DNA of 64,000 nt from Schmidtea polychroa (GCA_044892525.1 CM097885.1:28706001-28770000), one strand, 5' to 3'. Positions 24,060-36,617 are shown, numbered from the stretch's first letter. The notes: generated by a model from the letters alone, not told the origin. Translations and numbers: made by a program.

Positions 24060-24629
24060 TTAGAGTTTAATGTAAAATCGTATGAACTGATCTTTCTGAA
24101 CTTCATTACTGGGGTGGATTCCGCACCTCGTACCTATCATTGCTCCTAGATATTGAAGACACTCGAACTCCTCAAAACTGTCTGACAAATACGGCTTAGA
24201 TCTTAGATTTTTGAGTGAAATATATTTCGGCCGACGAGGAATTCTGATGAGTTGTCTCATGAAAGAAGGCTATCCAGGTGTCAACACCTTGGCGACTACG
24301 ATTGTTCAAACTGGCCGTGAGCGATTCTCAAAGGAAAAACTAACTTCGTCTATGGAGTAAACTGAAAAAGAGTGACTGGAGCACTGCCCTCCTTATCAAA
24401 TAGACCGTAACTGCAAAAATACACTTAGGAGATAAATAGCAAAACGTGTTTTCAATTCTGCCAACCAGTTAACCTAAACCGATGTAAGTAATCAAATTTC
24501 TAAGGCCTCGGACTAGATACGGTCTTATCGCTAAGCAGAATGAAGGTTAATTGCAACTGCATACAGTTGACGCCTCTAACTCGATTTTTGTAGTTTTGTC
24601 AGTTACGGTCTATTTGATAAGGAGGGCAG
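24060..24629 (-). mobile_element. Degenerate reverse-transcriptase remnant with an internal inversion
   Basis: EFECLQYLGAMIG and GSAPVTLF on -, ISKASD (KAFD-like) on + between perfect 30-bp inverted repeats 24384-24413 and 24600-24629. Confidence 0.45.
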
Positions 24630-25924
24630 AGCATGCCGGACCTCCTAAACCAAGCCTGTCTTACCATTCCATTCGTTATTGTGCTTCTCCTATCTTTCAC
24701 TTGTGCATTTTCGTTGAATCATTTCTTTTTGACCATTCGTATCGACCCTCTGTCCTATAGTACCTGCTCATAAAACTGGTGCCAGTGATACACTCGTCAG
24801 AGGCCCTCCCAGCCGAGTTCAATCAATCGAGTGTCTGAAACCAATTGATATCCAATCTGGTGGAAAAACATAAAGTATCTTCACGCTTTTGGACATGCCC
24901 ATGTCTCACAACACTAATCCCAAGATCAATAAAAATGGAAATACTATAATTACCATATCATTATAAAAATCTATTGCTGAAATTGTGCATGCTAAACATA
25001 TCTACGATTTTATCAAAAAATATTGTTTATTTAATGAAACTGTGAGCGAAAAAGAACGAACTGATGCTATCAAAATATAATTTTATGAAATATCCTTTAC
25101 AATTATCATATACAAGTATCAACAAAATAAAAAAATAAAAGTTTATTATTAGTTCCAACTAGATGTTTATCAAATCGAATGTCCTCAAAATTTGAATGAT
25201 TATCCTATTAGTTTGTCCAAAATTCCTTGAAATTATAAATGGGCTGTTCCGTGTCGTTGATCTAATAAAGTTTTAAAAAAATAGTTGTTGAGTTGATACT
25301 TAAGAAATTTTTAAAAATAGCAATCAAATTACAGGTTGAAAACCTTACCTAAGAAAATTTTGAAAATAAAGTGTTCACTAAGAGGGACCTATGTATAATA
25401 TTTTTTGGTAAATTTCATCAATCATGATCGAGTAAGTGTGCAAAACTTGTTGATTTTCTATTTTATTTTGGATATTAATTCCAATCATTTTGGTTGGTTT
25501 ATTTTTATTTTTTGTTTAAATTATTTGATTTTTCTATTTAAATTAATTTATTTTTTTCGATCCTGGTTGTTGATAACGCGTTGTATAACTTCTAGTCTTT
25601 GGGATACCTTCTATGTATTTTTTGCGCGTTTATTCTTTTCTTTTTTTCGTGCTATTTAAATTGAGTAACTTGTGCTACTTCTTGCACTTTCCAATTTTAG
25701 TTATTTTTGTTTTTATTTATCTTGTTCTTGCTGTGTTTAATTTGTTTTATTTTATGTTTCTTTATTATTTAAATTAACTCATTGCTTTTTCCGTGCTGTT
25801 TTGGTATCTTAGCTGTCACTTCAATACCGAAATCTTATTCATTAAAACAAAAATAATAAATTCATATCTTAGATTAAAATAAAGAAAAAAAATCCATTTT
25901 TTAGTTTTAGCCCAACACTTGTAT

Positions 25925-26810
25925 TTTTGGGTTATTGGGTTGGTGATAATATTTGTAAATTTAAAATTTTTACTCTGACTCCAAATTTATTAATTCACAA
26001 ATCAACAATCCCGAACAAGATAAACCTTTATTAATATTCACAATAGATCGTACAAATTGCAATTACAACCAATTTACTCCAAATCAATTAATTACACAGA
26101 GCTTATTACGGTACTACGTGAAGAATAACCCTTCTCGTATAATTTTCTGTAACAGTAACAACAATCACTACCCGTCAGCCAACTCAATCACAAGGTACGT
26201 TGATCTATTGTTCTATTTGCTTTGACCACAACTTTATTTACTCCACTTCCAACTTTTCTTTCAATTTTACAAAAATTCTCGTCACTCACCCAATCAATTA
26301 TTTATTATCAACCAGTTCACCTCTGTCACTCTGGTTTCACTCTGTTTTAACTCTATTGTTAATTCTTCCTTTTAATATCCTTGCACTTCTCTCTTCTGAC
26401 TTCTGTGTCTTCCCTTTTATAGCTTGTCATATTTGCGGTACTTGAAATAAATTTGTTTATCCATTTTTTCTCTTCTGTGTCACCTTGACAGATGTCGAGA
26501 TATGCCCTATTTTTCCCTTTTCGTATTATGCCGACTTTTTCTACCATTTCTATATCTTTGACAAGCCTTCAAGATACAGCATTTACCATGTTTTTGTTTT
26601 TCTGGAATTTGAAATTCCTCCTTCGTTTGAAATTCTTAATTAACTTTTGTTTTAATTTCTTGTTTGTTTTCTTTTATTTGATTTATCTTTCTCATTTTTC
26701 ATTTCGTTTTCTTCTCCCAGTTCCCATAGATCGTCCCGTTTGTCATGACGATCTTCCCCCAGGTATTTTACTTATTTATTATATTATTTGCTATTTAGGT
26801 ATCCTCAACA
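25925..26810 (-). mobile_element. Solo LTR (same family as 22056-23002), 886 bp
   Basis: Shared TTATTGGGTTGGTGA start, CCCATAGATCxTCCCGTTTGTCAT core and CTCAACA end; 4-bp TSD GTAT. Confidence 0.8.
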
Positions 26811-26889
26811 GTATTTAATTTTTATATTTTGCTATAATATATAAAATATATAATATATTTACTATAATATATAAAAGTTTTTTTAAGTT

Positions 26890-27650
26890 AGTTTGATGGT
26901 GAAGAATTACCAATCTATTTTGCTCAGAGTATTGGATTACTACCACACACACAATTATGCAGATGTGGCAATCATGATGTTGCGAAAAGGTCTGATAAAC
27001 GTGCCTCCTTATTTTTCAGATGCGACGTTCATTCCTTTAAAAAGGAAGTTTCAATTAGAAAAGGTACAATTTTTAAAGAAGCTATTTTACCATTGAAAAG
27101 ATTTTAACTTAAATCTATTTTTGGGTCCGTGATAATCAAGGAGAAGATGAATTGATCTTTCAATGTGAGACGAATTCAAGCGCGACAATAGTTGATTGGA
27201 AGAATTTCATGAGGGATATTTGTTTAAATTATTTCTTATTTAATCAAATACAAATCGGCGGACCCGGAGTTAATGTAGAAATTTTGTAAAAGCTTTACTA
27301 GTGCGAAAGAAATATAATGTTGGACGTTTAACACTTCAACAGTGGATGTTTGAAAACTGGATTTGTTATAACTGTTGCAAACCGTGATCGGGAGACTGTA
27401 ATAGAAGCTATTTTAGCATTCATAAGGCCTGGAAGTATAGTGTATAGTGATTTTAGGGTTGCCAACGGAAATTTAGAAGATTTGGGATATGAGCATTTTA
27501 AGGTTAATCATTGTGAAAATTCTGTTGATGGCGAAAATAGGTGTACTACAAATCACCAAAAGAGTACATGGCAGAAAATAAACATGCTCATAAAAAGATA
27601 TGGCACAGTGGTGACAGCGTTTTGGAATGTCTTGACAATTTTGTTGAGCA
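26890..27650 (+). mobile_element. Degenerate Merlin (IS1016/ISXO2-like) DNA transposon
   Basis: QIGGPGVNVEI, KYNVGRLTLQQWMF, VANRDRETV..IRPGSIVYSD..LEDLGYEHFKVNH.EN.VD..TTN motifs with frameshifts; left boundary approximate. Confidence 0.8.
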
Positions 27651-27898
27651 TATACGTTTATTACATATTTTCGATTAAATATTAATTTTGTTTGTTTTTG
27701 TCGAAAGTTTTTTAAATATATATAGTGGAGGAGGGGGCGGGGGTAGACAGAATAATTGACCAAAATAAAGTTCATACCCTCCCTCCTTACTCACGCACTC
27801 TACAGCTATTTCAAAAATTTACTAAAAAGGAACAATTCCGCCCAGAAACTAAACGAACACAACATTGCCAATTTCAAAAAATGCATAAAAAAACTCAT

Positions 27899-28897
27899 TT
27901 AACAATTTATCAAAGATAACTTTTCAATGAAATTTTTTGAGAAATCCTTGCGTAACAAATCCGAGGATTGACAACAACTGAGGAATTCTTCAAGAGCTTT
28001 ATCACTGTCTGGATTTGATTCTAAATTCTTGTACGAATCTATTAAAGCCTTTAAAGGTTGTAAAAGATGATTCCCAATGAAATAATTAACATTTTCCTGC
28101 TTGCGTTCAATTTCTATTTGAATTAAATTTTGCGGCTTGTCAATTGATTTATTGGAATAATATTTCAATTGATTTTCTAAAATTTCATTTTGAGCTTCTA
28201 ATATTAATAATTTATGATGATTTAATTGGGCTTGTTTTATCATTAATTCATAATGTTTCGATTGAATGTTACCATTATAACTTTTAATAATTTCATCGAA
28301 CTCATTGATTAATTTCTTATTTCGATCAAATATCAAATACGAAAATTGGGCAACTATTTCAACAATTTCTTTATGATGCGATTTGTATTGAGATAGTGAA
28401 TTTTGAAAATTACAGTTTTGTTCAGTGACAAAATCTTTTGTTAATCCAACTTTCAGCTGGATTGATATAAGAATCATGTTTTTATATAACTCCAATAGTT
28501 TAGATTCTAAATTAATTATCTGAGCCGTGTTTAAGAAAGAAGTACTTGAAATGATTTGAAATTTTTTATCTGAAGGCATTACGTTGTGATAATGGAAAAC
28601 CGATAGATTATTAGGAAATTTATCATTTATACAGTTGGGTATATTTGCATGTAATATTTCTTTTAATTTATTTGCCAATTCTAACATTTGCAATATTTTT
28701 GAATAAGCAATGGTACACTGATCCCCGAAAAAATTTACTTGAAATATCATTTTAAGAGAATCAAGAAATTCCAATAAACTATTATAAACATTTTGATAAT
28801 GATCCTGTAAGCAAAAAACATTTTGCAAACTTATAAAAATCTGTCTTTCTAATTGTGCTATTTGATTTTTCAGACACCTAACTTTTAATAAACTCAT
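27899..28897 (-). CDS. Intronless 332-aa helical/coiled-coil protein of unknown function (weak HAUS4-like resemblance)
   Basis: 999-nt ATG-TAA ORF in very AT-rich DNA, no TE motifs recognised. Confidence 0.7.
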   Translation of the reverse strand: MSLLKVRCLKNQIAQLERQIFISLQNVFCLQDHYQNVYNSLLEFLDSLKMIFQVNFFGDQCTIAYSKILQMLELANKLKEILHANIPNCINDKFPNNLSVFHYHNVMPSDKKFQIISSTSFLNTAQIINLESKLLELYKNMILISIQLKVGLTKDFVTEQNCNFQNSLSQYKSHHKEIVEIVAQFSYLIFDRNKKLINEFDEIIKSYNGNIQSKHYELMIKQAQLNHHKLLILEAQNEILENQLKYYSNKSIDKPQNLIQIEIERKQENVNYFIGNHLLQPLKALIDSYKNLESNPDSDKALEEFLSCCQSSDLLRKDFSKNFIEKLSLINC

Positions 28898-29545
28898 TTA
28901 ATGATTTTTGATAAATGACTTGTTAATAAAAATATAATTAAAAAATACAATTTAAAATCTTTTTACAATATTTTAACACGTTGATAAATTAAAAGAAAAT
29001 ATTTAAATAATTTTTGGAATGCAACTTCTAAATTAATAATAAAATGAACTTAATTGTTAAATTTAGAAATATTATAATAGACAGAAGTTCATTTACTATT
29101 TAATTTATCTTTCTTTAGTTTCGACTATATTCCAATATTATTTATTTAACACAAATTTTAAGTAGTAGTTATTTTAAAGTGCTATTTAACTTGTTATAAT
29201 AATAAAAAAAGGTTGTACTGAAAATTTGTGTTTAAATAAAAATATTGATCTACATTTGAATAATGAATGAAATTGTAAATGAATACAGATCTAAGTAAGA
29301 AAATATGATATATGATTTTATTCATAGAATTTCATTTTACTTAAGCATTTCCTAAATGAAGTTACTAAAAATAAATAATACAGGAATACATTGAGTTACG
29401 CGGAAAAAAATTCTGCAAAAATTTATGAGTATTTTCAGATTAAAATTTTTTTGTCTACGGGGTGAATATTGTTGGTCACTTAGGGTGTGTCATTTTTAAA
29501 ATTTTTTTTCAAAGTTTTGTGCAGGGATGCGCCCTTATTTTTCTG

Positions 29546-30300
29546 TTATAAATCGTTATATGTTTCTATAATATTTGTCGATAATTTGTTTATTATTTCC
29601 TGAATATTAAATGGGCCTACGAATTTCCTTTCAAAACCTTTTCTGTCTTCGTTTCTAATCATCACTGGGTTTCCGATCAGAGCTTCCTTATTCCATCGAT
29701 TTAAATTATATCTTTCTGCAGATTTCTTCATACTTTCTTCATTAATACGTCTAACTTTCTCTTGAATTGTCTGTATTGCTGCATGTAGTTGTTCTACATA
29801 GTAATCAAAATTTGAGACTTTCTCTCCTAGTACTCGTGTCGGTCCGATTGGGAGTCCTGCTTTCTTTCCGAATACAATCTCGTATGGGGAATGCTTTGTG
29901 GTTTTCTGTTTAGTGGTTCTTAGCCCAAATCATGCTTCAATCCATCGTCTTCCTTTCTTCCAACACCACACCTGTCATACTTTTAGCCGTTTCAAACAAT
30001 CTTTCCATCAGACCATCACTTTGAGGATAATATGGTGAAGTGAAGGTTTTTTGATACCCAAGATTTTACAGTATTCGAGAAAAAAGTTGTGATTGAAAGT
30101 TACTTCAACAATCCAAGTGTATTCTCTCTGGAACACCGAATTTTGATATCCAGTTTCCTTATAGTTCTTGTGCAACCTTCGGTGCTTCTGTCATTGCCAT
30201 TGGTATTAAACTTATATACTTTGAGAGATAATCGATAATTCAAAGTATATACTTGTAACCTCCGTTGTTGCTTTTGTTGGGTATTTTTAGCAAGTCGGTA
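29546..30300 (-). mobile_element. Degenerate Gypsy integrase
   Basis: IIDYLSKY, WISKFGVPERIHLD, TSPYYPQSDGLMER, TKHSPYEIVFG remnants. Confidence 0.85.
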
Positions 30301-30824
30301 CTACTATCTGACTCCTTTGTGTTCTTTTCAAGATAAATAAACGACCAAACACAAAATCTTTATTTAACACTGATGCAGTTACTCTTTTACACTTTTTATT
30401 AGTTCACTCACGCTTGATACAACCAGGTTTTGTCTGCACTTTTCAATTTGCCAACAAATCTCACGCAGGGATAGATCTTCCAACGGGAGATGTCCCTTTC
30501 TGGTACGTTTGATTTAAATTATTTAATTTCTACTAACTTTAATGTTTCCTTTTTCGCTCTCGCTAAACTTCTATTTTCTTTACTTCGACCAACTGGCTGC
30601 TTTGTTTTCTTGCCGGGCTTCCTCTTGTAGCTCTAATTCAATATAAGGAAATTGCCCCTTTTTCTTTGACGCTCTTGTCACTTTTATTTTATTCGGCTAA
30701 TTTAATTGCCTTCCCAAAATTGGATTGCAAATTCAGGTTTTCTCAAATCGCTCGGGATATTTTTATTGAAATTTCCTTATTCGACTCCCCCCATCATCCT
30801 CACACTACTTGCACACATTAATAT

Positions 30825-30871
30825 GAATAATAATGTTAATACTAATAACAATAATAATACTAACGATAATC

Positions 30872-30957
<86 letters not shown>
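30825..30957. repeat. (AAT)n microsatellite (pure tract ~30874-30957)
   Basis: Directly visible. Confidence 0.97.
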
Positions 30958-30958
<1 letters not shown>

Positions 30959-31519
30959 GGAATTTCTTTCCTTTAGTCGAAATTCAATTTACTTTTTTTT
31001 GGCATAATTCGATTTTAGGTTTCCTAACAATCTCAAATCTCCATCCAGCCACCTGACGATGTCCCAGTGAGACCTTCGAGTAACTCAATTTATTCATTTA
31101 TTTCTCTCTTTCATTATTAATTTAACTTTCCTTTTTAGTCGAGATAACTTTTGATCAAATGTCGGTTTGCCATTGGTGTTGACAGCAGCGAATCACCGAT
31201 CAAAGAAACCGAATATTATCACGATATCACGACATTTTTGTTAGTTTCCTTTACAATTTAAAAATTTTAATTCTATATATATTTTTTCAGAGCACTCAGC
31301 AGCTGCACCCGACACTCAACTGACACCATGACCACCATCCAATGTGCAAACTTCATATCATCACGCTAATGTTGGAGGAGTTCTTTCTTTATTTACATTT
31401 TATTTATATACATATTCGAATTAAAATTATGATGTCTTTATTTTCGTGTTTTTACAAGAAAAATTAAAAAGCAAACTTCAGATTCAAATTGTATAATGAA
31501 AAATTGACTTGTTGAGATA

Positions 31520-31879
31520 ATGAACTGTAATGTTGAACCAACTATCGATCAAGATGTTTTATTATTAAGTGCTCAAGAAACTTGTGTAATTGAAGAATTG
31601 GAAAACAAAAATTTTAACTCCGTAGAGAAAGAACTTGAAATTTCTGAGAATGATGATAAACATAAAGCACAAACACTCTCCATGATGAATGATGCTTTAA
31701 TTCGGTTCGAAAAATTTTCTAATTTAATTATTGGCGAGGAAAATTTTATAACTGAATTCAATGAAATATTATGCAAGATAAAATGCAATGAAACTGTAGA
31801 TAGGTTCAGTAATCCATTGTTAAGAATAGAGAGCGTTGTTAATTTATTAAGTAATAAAATTTCTAAATATTATATAGTT
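31520..31879 (+). CDS. Probable first coding exon of an unidentified gene; further exon-like pieces to ~32560
   Basis: 120 open codons from ATG with acidic/helical composition; downstream GTAAGT/TAG sites at ~32418-32450. Confidence 0.4.
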
Positions 31880-32012
31880 CAGGGCTTTTCAAACTGGGGT
31901 CCGTGGACCCCAAAGGGTCCGTGAGCGATTTGATGAGGGTCCGTAAAATGGTCCGTAAACTAAGCGTAATAAAAATTAGGGGTCCCTTGTTTAAAAAGTT
32001 TGAAAAGCCCTG
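31880..32012. mobile_element. hAT-type MITE (133 bp)
   Basis: Perfect 15-bp TIR CAGGGCTTTTCAAAC, 8-bp TSD ATATAGTT/ATTTAGTT, internal GGTCCGT repeats. Confidence 0.9.
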
Positions 32013-32964
32013 ATTTAGTTGATATTATTAGTTCATATAATTTTATTTACATAAATGAATTTCATAACTTTCAATTTGAAAGTCAAAATATAAATTCTTC
32101 ATTTCTCGAACTGAATGACGCAGTGATGATATTTTATCTATGATTCAAAATGGGAAATTCAATGATTTAAAATTTACTATTACTAACTTTGAAAATAATG
32201 TTGTAAAATTAAATTCATTCTGTCTCAAAGATGATGATAACAAAGATGATAACAAATGAATTCGAAATTCGAAATACCAGGGAGCAACTCGAAAGATAAA
32301 CAAATGAAAAAATTCAAGGTGTGCTCGAAGGACATGTGACAACTCTTCCTGATTCGTCACGACACCCAATAATATATATTTTTATGTTTTATAAATGGAA
32401 CAATATTTATTATTTTAGATTTTCAAGTGATTTGTATAGAAAAGTAAGTTTGAGGTCAACTGAAAACTTTATCATACATTTTTATCATGTGATTTGAACG
32501 GGATCAAGAAATTGATCAAGAATTAGAAATTTTGATTACTTTACTTATAAATTTGATAGTAGTTTAAGTTTAGATAATAATGTTGATAGAAATTAATAAT
32601 TAATTACTAATTAATTTATATTTAAATATTTAAATAATTTTACTAACTTGACATTTTTATGATAAAAAAATATTAAAATTCACAAATATTCTTCTTCATG
32701 TTAGATTTAATTTTGATTAGTGTAATTTTACAGATCTTAATTTTTGCGAAAATGTTAACTTTGCACCTGTAATTTAATAATTTTCAAATTTTGTATTTTA
32801 TAATTGTAGAATTATGAAATTATAAAATTATTTTGAAATTGTTGAATTTGTTTGGTTTTGTTTAGTTAGTCACAAATAAGTGAATTTATATAATTTTATT
32901 TTTTAATTATAGGGGTATAAAATTGTTGTAAAAACAATATGAAATTATATAGAAACACTTTTAG

Positions 32965-33087
32965 TAGTAGTGTCTTGGCCTTTGAAAGAGTTAAAATTTT
33001 TTTATTATTTTGGGGGGAATGGAGCGGTGTTCCCGCGGAATGGAGGGAGAAAAAAGTTTAAGACTTTCAAAGGCCAAAACACTACTA
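32965..33087. mobile_element. Small foldback/MITE (123 bp)
   Basis: 24-bp inverted arms TAGTAGTGTCTTGGCCTTTGAAAG with 1 mismatch around a purine-rich core. Confidence 0.65.
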
Positions 33088-34634
33088 TCTGAATGTTAAT
33101 AAAGTAACAAAACAATGTTGACCGATATTGTCGATAACGTACGTCTACATCGGTACACCAACTTTTCTACCCTTGGCCACCTCAGCCGTGTAACGAGCCA
33201 CGTCCTGGTGGAAAATTTCCATTCAGGGATCCACTCAAATTTATGATAGTCATTATAATCTAGCGTGCATAGCGGTGCACTAGGTAAGCAATATTATTCT
33301 AAAACGGCATAATGGTATGAATACTACTAGCAAATTTTGTAGAATGTCAAGCACAACAATGATAAAAATAACCCATGTTAATATACGGTTCATATAATCT
33401 TCAAGCACCTCAATCCTCCTGTTAATCTCAATTAATATAATTTAAACCACAATTGTTCTCAATTTAAATCAAATCTTATATTTTTAATCAAAAAAGACAA
33501 TGACGATGGCAATTATATTTCGTTTCATTCAGAAGCTTCTGTTGTGTTCCATTGGTTTTCGTTCGTTGATTGCATTTCTCTCTATTTTTCGCCTGTCATC
33601 CTTTTCATTATAGATTCTATCTGCCTTAAATCTTTTAAAGAAATAATCATAATAGTTTTCAAATTTTCAATTTTTTGTCCGCTTTTCCTTTTCGCTGATG
33701 TGATTCAGGTCTTTTACAATGCTAGATCAATGTATATGTTCTCCTGCTTTGTCGCCTGCTTCTTGATCCGCGAGTGTGAGAGTCAATTGGGGGAATAGTT
33801 TATTGGTTTTGCCGACTGGTCGAATCATACCGAATGTTGATATAGTTGCATTATTTACTGTCTTGCATAGTCTGCTGCATCATTTATATTTAATTTTGAA
33901 TAAAACCAAAATTAAACATTCACATCGCATATTGCTATTAAAATTATAAAAAATAAGTAGACAAGAAAATGTCACCAAATCACGACTCAGGGTATCGATA
34001 ATTTGGTTCCAAATTGTTATTGGCCTCTTCCCTGTCATCCGATTTTGTTTCCTTGCCCATAGTCGAATTTCATCTCCTTCCATTCTTGATGTTTTCGTTT
34101 CATTGATTCTCAGTTCATATGTGATGGCATTACTTCATTCTAGACCTATGGTTAGTATAGTGCATACCTTACCTTATTTAGAAGCCCTCCTGGTTTATTT
34201 AGGTCATCAGCCAAATCATCATGGAATTGTCTTCTTTCTGCTCTAAATTTTCACAACATAAATTTTACTGAACTAAATCCATGTTTTCGTGCTCCGTTCT
34301 GTACAGTTTGTGATTTTTCATTCTGTGCTTATCGGTTCCAAAATACATTTTTGACTAGAAGATATCCTAATCACTTTTTCCGCATAGATTTGAACTTGAT
34401 ATCAGTACAAAAACTCAAAACAACTTAGAATAAATTTATGTATAATTATTTTCATAATCATTTTATTTTAGAAGCTGTAAATTAGTTAGAATCGTTACAT
34501 AAACTTATCAATTCAAAATGAAAAAAGATAATTTGGACGGATAAAGGCTTGAAATGTCAAAGCTAAACAGACATAAAATAACAGCTGAACCCGCCAAGAT
34601 TCCATAAATTGGAGCCTACTATTTTGAGAACAGA

Positions 34635-34715
34635 TGTATCAAGATCAGGTACTGGAGCAGTGCTAAAGCAGAACGGGCCACCCATATCATTCTTTTGTAG
34701 ATTATTAAAAGGAAT
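34635..34715 (+). mobile_element. Gypsy RNase H fragment
   Basis: SGTGAVLKQNGPPISFFCRLL resembles DASxxGIGAVLxQxxxPIxFxSRxL. Confidence 0.55.
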
Positions 34716-34749
34716 ATAATCGAAATTGCAAATGAAACATTAAAGATAA

Positions 34750-35090
34750 CACTATTAACAATCCATGTGTGTCTGATGTTTTTGTCAGTAGCTTTCAATG
34801 TTACACCCTCAGTTTTCTTATTTTCTTCGTCGTCTAAAAGACTATAACACTTAGTTCCATGAAACACACACTCCTTGGATTTAAGCCACTTATTCTTGTT
34901 TTTGAACTTGTCAATGACACAATAAATGTTTGAAGAATACGAGGAATGATTTGGGTCATAATTGGAAGTGCCATGTAGGTTATTTCAGATCATATCTGGT
35001 AAAAGTATATTAAGCTTACAATTTTTAATGTCAAGAAAATAAGAATCAATTGTCCCCAGCAATAATGTTAATTTTACAATTTAATTCGTT
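34750..35090 (-). mobile_element. Polinton/Maverick-type pPolB C-terminal remnant
   Basis: GTIDSYFLDIK, TSNYDPNH, VIDKFK, TKCYSLLDD..KKTEGV; homologous to the 62585-63000 remnant. Confidence 0.7.
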
Positions 35091-36151
35091 TCGATTATTT
35101 TCTAACTCATTATACTGCAGCTGGTACATCCTAAGTTTAGACAGATTTTGTACAGACTGACCAATATAACTGAAAAAAATTGTATGTGATCTATTTAGTT
35201 TAATGTATAGAGTACTATATAGAGTACATTTTTTTGTAAAAACCTAAGCGCAAAAGGGATATATTTAATAAAGAGGGCTTACTGTATGACTTAACAAAAA
35301 GATAATCCAAGTTGATTTATATTTCAATTGTCTAATATTCATTGATAGTGACTTTTTCTCACTTCATACTACTGACACCAGATTTTCAACCTCATAGGGA
35401 GATGAATTGAATTACACCCACATTCTTACTAAGTTTATGTGCACAAAGGATTTATGGGATACTCATTTTTCTAGACTCTATAGTGAGCCTGATGTTAGCT
35501 GGGTGAGTTGATATCTTTTTTGTTTTTTGATTTCACTTTAGTGCAACATGAGTGTATGAAGAGCGAAGGAAATGTTATTGATGTGTCTGAAGTTGGACTT
35601 GAGTTTGAGTGATTGTACAGACGACAGTAATTTACTCTATAACATATAATAATAAATGACAAGAAAACCTTAATAAATATTGTAGAGAGCATAGAACCAC
35701 TTAGCCGAATCAATCAGCACAGTGTAACCTAGGAGTACCAAACTAAGCATGCCCATAGAGCTTTCACCTATGTTTTGTTTTCTGGCCCACTCAAATTAAA
35801 CAGCACCAACATCAGTTGTGACGGGTACTGCGAATAGACGACCAAATCATTGTTCAAATTATTATATTAGATGAAATTGAATTTTTGTATACCTGGGAGC
35901 GTGGTGGCCAATATTCACAATAAATATTTCAATTCAAAGAGATGAATAATTTAAAAAAATTTAAAAGTATCAAAAAAGATTTAAGAATAATTTATTAGAA
36001 TTTATTTTTAATTTGATTTCAGGAACTGATTATTATTAATCAAATAAAAGTTATAATATACATCAATATATATAATAATATGGAAAATAGAAGTGAAAAA
36101 ATACAAAATATGATTGCAAAGATATATAAAGAATTAATATGAATTAATCAG

Positions 36152-36217
36152 ATTTTCTGTAAATGAGCTGGTTTGGGAGGAGGCCCGGCGTTTGTTTTCC
36201 AGTTTAGCTTTCAGCCG
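36152..36217 (+). CDS. Isolated candidate micro-exon (FSVNELVWEEARRLFSSLAFS)
   Basis: GC-rich 66-nt island between CAG and GTAAGT, open in one frame; partner exons not identified. Confidence 0.3.
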
Positions 36218-36334
36218 GTAAGTTGCTAAATTATAATTTTAATATTTACAATTTTTATTAACTCATTAACTATGAAATTTAGTCGCAGAATAAATTATAT
36301 TAGAATATAAAGTTGTATTTAAAAAAATTGACTA

Positions 36335-36394
36335 TGAATCAGTAAATATATCGATTTTTTGAATATTCAAAAAATCGATATATTTACTGATTCA
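36335..36394. repeat. Perfect 60-bp palindrome (hairpin repeat family, copy 1)
   Basis: TGAATCAGTAAATATATCGATTTTTTGAAT immediately followed by its exact reverse complement. Confidence 0.95.
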
Positions 36395-36566
36395 GTCATT
36401 TTTTTTATAAATGCCAATTGAAAAGAAATCAGACGTGAAAATTGAAAGAAGTTCTTATAATGAATATAAAGTTATAATTATTGTAAGATAATAAATTATA
36501 AGAACTTTTTTCCAATTTCACCACTGATTTGTTTTTCCATTGTATTTATTAAAAAGAACTTGAAGG

Positions 36567-36617
36567 CTATAAATCAGTAAATATATCGATGTTTTTGATA
36601 TATTTACTGATTTATAG
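36567..36617. repeat. Hairpin repeat family, copy 2 (21-bp arms, 9-nt loop GATGTTTTT)
   Basis: Directly visible; shares AATCAGTAAATATATC core. Confidence 0.9.

Noticed and set aside
25286-25917. TGTTGAG..CCCAACA segment as another solo LTR
   Set aside because: No TSD and no similarity to the neighbouring LTR family; not supportable
30706-31056. 116-aa poly-Asn ORF
   Set aside because: Artefact of the (AAT)n microsatellite
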